Virus record (IMG/VR): IMGVR_UViG_3300022697_000186
Span: 173,091-236,091 of that record
DNA: 63,001 bases
From: a virus
Taxonomy: Duplodnaviria; Heunggongvirae; Uroviricota; Caudoviricetes
Reading direction: 5' to 3' (one strand)
The notes below the pieces were generated by a model. It saw nothing but the letters and a program-made list of their open reading frames with translations. It did not search any database and was not told the DNA's origin. Below, piece by piece: positions 59,307-63,001 of this stretch. A program made the translations under genes and the position numbers. Position 1 is the first letter of the stretch, and every line of letters starts with the position of its first letter.

Positions 59307-59467
59307 TATATTTCTTCCTCAACTTTCTTAATAAATTTCTTCTTTAATTTCTTCTTTGGTTTTTCTTTTAGTATTTTAGTATCATTGTTTGGAGCCGGAA
59401 ACTCTATTCCTGGTAAACCAAATGATACATTATCCATAACATATTTTTCTGATACACTTTTATTCAT
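59306..59467 (-). CDS. 53-aa ORF with SVSEKY leader and Lys-rich tail (not in ORF track)
   Basis: MNKSVSEKYVMDNVSFGLPG...KKKLKKKFIKKVEEEI; AGGA upstream; TAATG-coupled. Confidence 0.55.
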   Translation of the reverse strand: MNKSVSEKYVMDNVSFGLPGIEFPAPNNDTKILKEKPKKKLKKKFIKKVEEEI

Positions 59468-59486
59468 AATTTAATCCTTAATAATA

Positions 59487-60911
59487 TTACCATTTTTCAT
59501 AACCAATAATAACAGGTACCATTTCTTTCCAATATTCAGTATTCCCTGCTCTTGCATCAACACAAGATTGAAATGCTCTAAAATCAACTTTAACTTTCTT
59601 TGGATCTTTTCTATAATAAGTCATAATATTATTATAAACTTCTCTCTTTAATTCAATAGGAATACTAGGACTAACATATTTCATTAATTTATCAAGTGAT
59701 GTTAAAACTTCTTTTGTATTATAATTTACTTGTAATACAGGTGCTCTACTTGCTAGAGCTAAATCAATTTTACTTCTATCTAAATTTGTAATGATAATTA
59801 ACTGTCCTGTGAATTCAAACTTTTCAGGAGCCTCAGACTCTTCTTGCGTTTCATTATTTTGAGACATCATTTTTTTAAGAGGTAGTGATACAATTCTTCT
59901 ACTATATGTATCAGTAATTGCCTTTAATAAATTTATAACTTCAGGATCACTTAAAGGTGTATCAAAATCATCAAAAATAATTATTTTATCTCTATTTCTA
60001 TACAATATAGAATAAACTGCTTCCAAATCTAAAGCACTACCTTTATGTATACTATAATCTTTACCTGGTCTCATACCTGCAAAATTAAATGTTCTTCTTA
60101 CAGTATATGTTTTTGACATCCCTGGTGGCCCAGATAATATTAATGCGTTTGCTTTTTTATCTATAATTAATTGAATGTGCCTTTTTAATTTATCCATTAA
60201 AGCAAATTCTGGTTCTGATCCAGTTTGTTTTCCAAATAAATCGCTTTGTATTTCCTTTTCTACTACATTTTCAGTATATATTTCAGTTGCATATTTTTTT
60301 GCCTTTTTAATATAATATACAATAAATGCTATAGCAAGTGAAAGATAAAAGATACCCACTACAGTATAATAAACTTTCATAGCTGAAGATTGCATGTTCC
60401 AAAATAATTTAAAGTCTTTATATAAATTTTTAATAAAACCAATTTTTTTAGAATTTTCTTCTTTGATATAGATATTATCTAATTCTAAAAAAGAATTAAA
60501 TATATTATCAATATGGGTAGCATTATCACAATATTGTTCCGATACAAATTTATTTTTAATGAAGGATACACTCTTACCAATTTTAATTATAGACCCTTTA
60601 TTTGCAGCAAAAGATAATGCTAAAAATGTTTTAAATTCTTGATCAGTTATTGTTGGATCAAATTGTAAAAAAATAACAGGTTTTAAATCAGGGGTGTAAA
60701 ATTCTATTCCATATATTTCATTAAATGAAGAATTTTTAGAAGAAAGTCTAATCATTTTTGGAGAACCAGCTGCATAAGTAATAAAATATTTTATTCCATA
60801 TAATTTACCATGAGTTTTTGTTGAAAAAGTATCTATATCTCTGATTTTTCTTATTGATTTAATTCCAAATATTTTCTGTTTATCAAGATTCTTTATATAC
60901 TTACTATCCAT
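59487..60911 (-). CDS. Membrane-anchored AAA-type ATPase
   Basis: TM helix, GPPGMSKT, IIIFDDFD, IIITN, ALASR; internal FVSEQY motif before the TM segment. Confidence 0.75.
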   Translation of the reverse strand: MDSKYIKNLDKQKIFGIKSIRKIRDIDTFSTKTHGKLYGIKYFITYAAGSPKMIRLSSKNSSFNEIYGIEFYTPDLKPVIFLQFDPTITDQEFKTFLALSFAANKGSIIKIGKSVSFIKNKFVSEQYCDNATHIDNIFNSFLELDNIYIKEENSKKIGFIKNLYKDFKLFWNMQSSAMKVYYTVVGIFYLSLAIAFIVYYIKKAKKYATEIYTENVVEKEIQSDLFGKQTGSEPEFALMDKLKRHIQLIIDKKANALILSGPPGMSKTYTVRRTFNFAGMRPGKDYSIHKGSALDLEAVYSILYRNRDKIIIFDDFDTPLSDPEVINLLKAITDTYSRRIVSLPLKKMMSQNNETQEESEAPEKFEFTGQLIIITNLDRSKIDLALASRAPVLQVNYNTKEVLTSLDKLMKYVSPSIPIELKREVYNNIMTYYRKDPKKVKVDFRAFQSCVDARAGNTEYWKEMVPVIIGYEKW

Positions 60912-61038
60912 TTGGTTTATCCTTTTTCTTTTTTTTCTTTACTATCAAAACACGCACAACATCATCAATTGATCTAACTAATTTATTAGTAATTTTTGAT
61001 GTAGTACTATCTTTTATATATTTTTCTGATACATACAT
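60904..61038 (-). CDS. 44-aa ORF with YVSEKY leader (not in ORF track)
   Basis: MYVSEKYIKDSTTSK...VKKKKKKDKPNG; ATG abuts the upstream stop. Confidence 0.55.
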   Translation of the reverse strand: MYVSEKYIKDSTTSKITNKLVRSIDDVVRVLIVKKKKKKDKPNG

Positions 61039-61449
61039 TTAATCATGATCCTTTGTAGCTAAGTAACCAACACTACCTACACCCGCAGCACCAATAACAT
61101 AAGGCGATACTTTATCATACTGTTGTTTTCTTAATGATTTGGATTTCTTAAAATTTATTTTTAATTTGTTTTTTTGTTTCTTAGCTATTTTATAAACTTT
61201 ACTTTGTTCTTTTTCAAAGTTCTTTTTAATAGCTTTAATTTCTCTATCCTTTACTAATTTAATTTTAGGACCACGAAGTTTATTATATTTTTGTTTTACT
61301 CTTTTTAGAGCATCATCTCTTAACTTTCTTAAATTAGTAACTATTTTTTTATTTTGAGCAGAAATTATACTAAATTCTTTCTTTTGTAATTTAGAAATAG
61401 GTGTTAATCTATTTATTATTTTTTTAATATAATTTTCTGTTATATTCAT
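61039..61449 (-). CDS. Very basic protein with ITENY leader and Gly/Ala-rich hydrophobic tail
   Basis: MNITENYIKK; tail VIGAAGVGSVGYLATK. Confidence 0.7.
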   Translation of the reverse strand: MNITENYIKKIINRLTPISKLQKKEFSIISAQNKKIVTNLRKLRDDALKRVKQKYNKLRGPKIKLVKDREIKAIKKNFEKEQSKVYKIAKKQKNKLKINFKKSKSLRKQQYDKVSPYVIGAAGVGSVGYLATKDHD

Positions 61450-61452
61450 ATA

Positions 61453-61497
61453 TCATCCTTTAAGATTTTCCTCTAAATAATTTTCTGATACATACAT
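61453..61497 (-). CDS. 14-codon mini-ORF consisting almost only of the leader (MYVSENYLEENLKG)
   Basis: Read directly from sequence; fills the gap between two ORFs. Confidence 0.4.
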   Translation of the reverse strand: MYVSENYLEENLKG

Positions 61498-61501
61498 AAA
61501 A

Positions 61502-61702
61502 TTATTTCTTATAGTTTTCTTCTTCTTTAATAGCGGCTAATGTGTTAGTAGATTTGTTAAGTGATTCACAACTATTACATCTATAATGCCAAGATTGTAT
61601 ATCATAACTAAATCTACGTTCTTTCATTGGTTGTCCACAACCATTACAAATTTGATCGTTTGGTCTTCCTGTTGAGTATCCCATTTCTTTAACTCTCTCC
61701 AA
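61502..61702 (-). CDS. Small zinc-ribbon protein
   Basis: CNGC..CNSC. Confidence 0.55.
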   Translation of the reverse strand: MERVKEMGYSTGRPNDQICNGCGQPMKERRFSYDIQSWHYRCNSCESLNKSTNTLAAIKEEENYKK

Positions 61703-62867
61703 ATAAATTATTTACATTATCTTCTCTAAGATAATTATCTTCTAACATTTCTAATGAACTTAAAAAACTTTTAGCGGAAGGAATTGTTTTAACACCTTCT
61801 TTTTTTAAGACATCATTAATATACTTAATATAAGTAGTTGCACCTGTTCGTTCCATCCATAAACATAATTGTTCAAAAGAAATTAGTTTAAATGCATTTG
61901 TCACTAAATCATTATGTATAACAGCTTTTTGCCAACTATTAGACATATTTTTTAATGGCACTTTATCTTCATGGAAAAATTTACCACCATTATGTACTCT
62001 CTCATTTAATTCATCAATAGATCCAATAAGTTCATTTACTAAATGTTTATTACTAAACATTTTCATAACAGTCATTGGTCCTATTCTATCAACACCTTTA
62101 ACATCATCACCATCATCACCAACTATAGACATCATAGCAGGAAAATGATTAGTATCTAATTTAGATAACATTTCCAAATTTTCTGCATATTTTTTTGTAG
62201 AACCTTTTTGTACTTTTGTATATGCCTTTAATATAGAATCTTTCATATACATATATTTTGTACCACGATTCTTATATATCATAACTGTATTTGGTAAGTT
62301 CAAATTTTGATATAAATCTTTATCATTTGATGTGATAATATGAAGAGTTTTAGGTTCATTATTAAACTTTCTATCTATTAAATAATAAGGTAGAAAATCT
62401 GACTCTAAAAACTTTAAGGCAAAAAAATAAACGTTCTTTATTTTATTAGATACAATTTCAGATAATTGAAAATTTTTATCTCTTATTTCTTTTAATTTAA
62501 TATCATTATCTGGTATCGCAGTATTACTAATAACTCTACGACACTTATAATCTTTACTAATATTTAAATGATAATTGGATCTACCTATATCTGTACAGAA
62601 ATAAATTTCTGCTTTAAGATTTCTTTCGTTTGCATAATCTTTCCAATAAGATGCATAAAGAACTACAGATTGGAAAATACTACTATCCATAAATTCCATA
62701 GTATCAGAATTTACTACTATTTCATTAGCCACATCTTCAACAAATAAAGATGTCATTACATTTTTCAAATCTACGTAAACTCTAAGTTTATTATAATCAT
62801 TTTTACTAATCAAGTTACTTAGCTCAGTTGGGGGATAACACGAAATCAATGACCTAGGGTTTGGCAA
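61689..62867 (-). CDS. 5'-3' exonuclease / T4 RNase H / FEN-like
   Basis: VYVDLKN, YKCRR, LESDF, SNDKDLYQ, GDDGDDVKGVDRIG. Confidence 0.85.
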   Translation of the reverse strand: MPNPRSLISCYPPTELSNLISKNDYNKLRVYVDLKNVMTSLFVEDVANEIVVNSDTMEFMDSSIFQSVVLYASYWKDYANERNLKAEIYFCTDIGRSNYHLNISKDYKCRRVISNTAIPDNDIKLKEIRDKNFQLSEIVSNKIKNVYFFALKFLESDFLPYYLIDRKFNNEPKTLHIITSNDKDLYQNLNLPNTVMIYKNRGTKYMYMKDSILKAYTKVQKGSTKKYAENLEMLSKLDTNHFPAMMSIVGDDGDDVKGVDRIGPMTVMKMFSNKHLVNELIGSIDELNERVHNGGKFFHEDKVPLKNMSNSWQKAVIHNDLVTNAFKLISFEQLCLWMERTGATTYIKYINDVLKKEGVKTIPSAKSFLSSLEMLEDNYLREDNVNNLFGES

Positions 62868-62873
62868 ACAGCA

Positions 62874-63001
62874 CTACTCCTTATTTTTTAATTGATTTTC
62901 TCTATATTTATCTATACTTTTTTTAGCAACATAACCAGTACCAGCAACTGCTGCAGTACCAGCTCCAACTTTTAATACATCTTTACCAAGAGATTTTAAT
63001 T
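62874..63001 (-). CDS. 3' end of a truncated ORF with Gly/Ala-rich tail
   Basis: ...KVGAGTAAVAGTGYVAKKSIDKYRENQLKNKE*, similar to the tail of 61039-61449. Confidence 0.55.
   Translation of the reverse strand, partial: LKSLGKDVLKVGAGTAAVAGTGYVAKKSIDKYRENQLKNKE

Noticed and set aside
1-63001. Stop-codon reassignment, as seen in some large phages
   Set aside because: Genes are full length and densely packed under the standard code, and both TAG (e.g. 10024-10026) and TGA (e.g. 46664-46666) end genes at sensible boundaries.

Overview
Very AT-rich window in which essentially every credible gene lies on the minus strand, tightly packed and read with the standard stop codons. Gene content points to a jumbo (T4/phiKZ/AR9-scale) myophage: type II topoisomerase B subunit, multisubunit RNA polymerase beta and a three-piece beta', baseplate gp5- and gp53-like and neck-like proteins, amidase, SNF2 helicase, RecA/UvsX, ClpP-like, actin-like ATPase, class II ribonucleotide reductase with an HNH intein, LigD phosphoesterase, Holliday junction resolvase, 5'-3' exonuclease, and a glycosyl/methyl/sulfotransferase plus APS kinase cluster. 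Main highlights: (1) six complete copies, and probably the start of a seventh, of a free-standing endonuclease family with variable arrays of 23-aa repeats carrying hypervariable positions; (2) an atypically split intein (25-aa IntN, 240-aa IntC) in the beta' trigger-loop region, with one of these nucleases between the halves; (3) about 13 unrelated ORFs sharing an N-terminal Y[IV]SE[KN]Y[LIV]xE leader resembling a capsid-targeting/prohead-protease signal, with cargos including proteases, a nucleotidyltransferase and a stand-alone EF-Tu domain II-like protein; (4) a highly structured ~290-nt intergenic RNA candidate, a tRNA-like cloverleaf, two recurring promoter-like motifs and an ORF bracketed by perfect 17-bp inverted repeats. 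All family assignments come from motif recognition by eye; no database searches were run.
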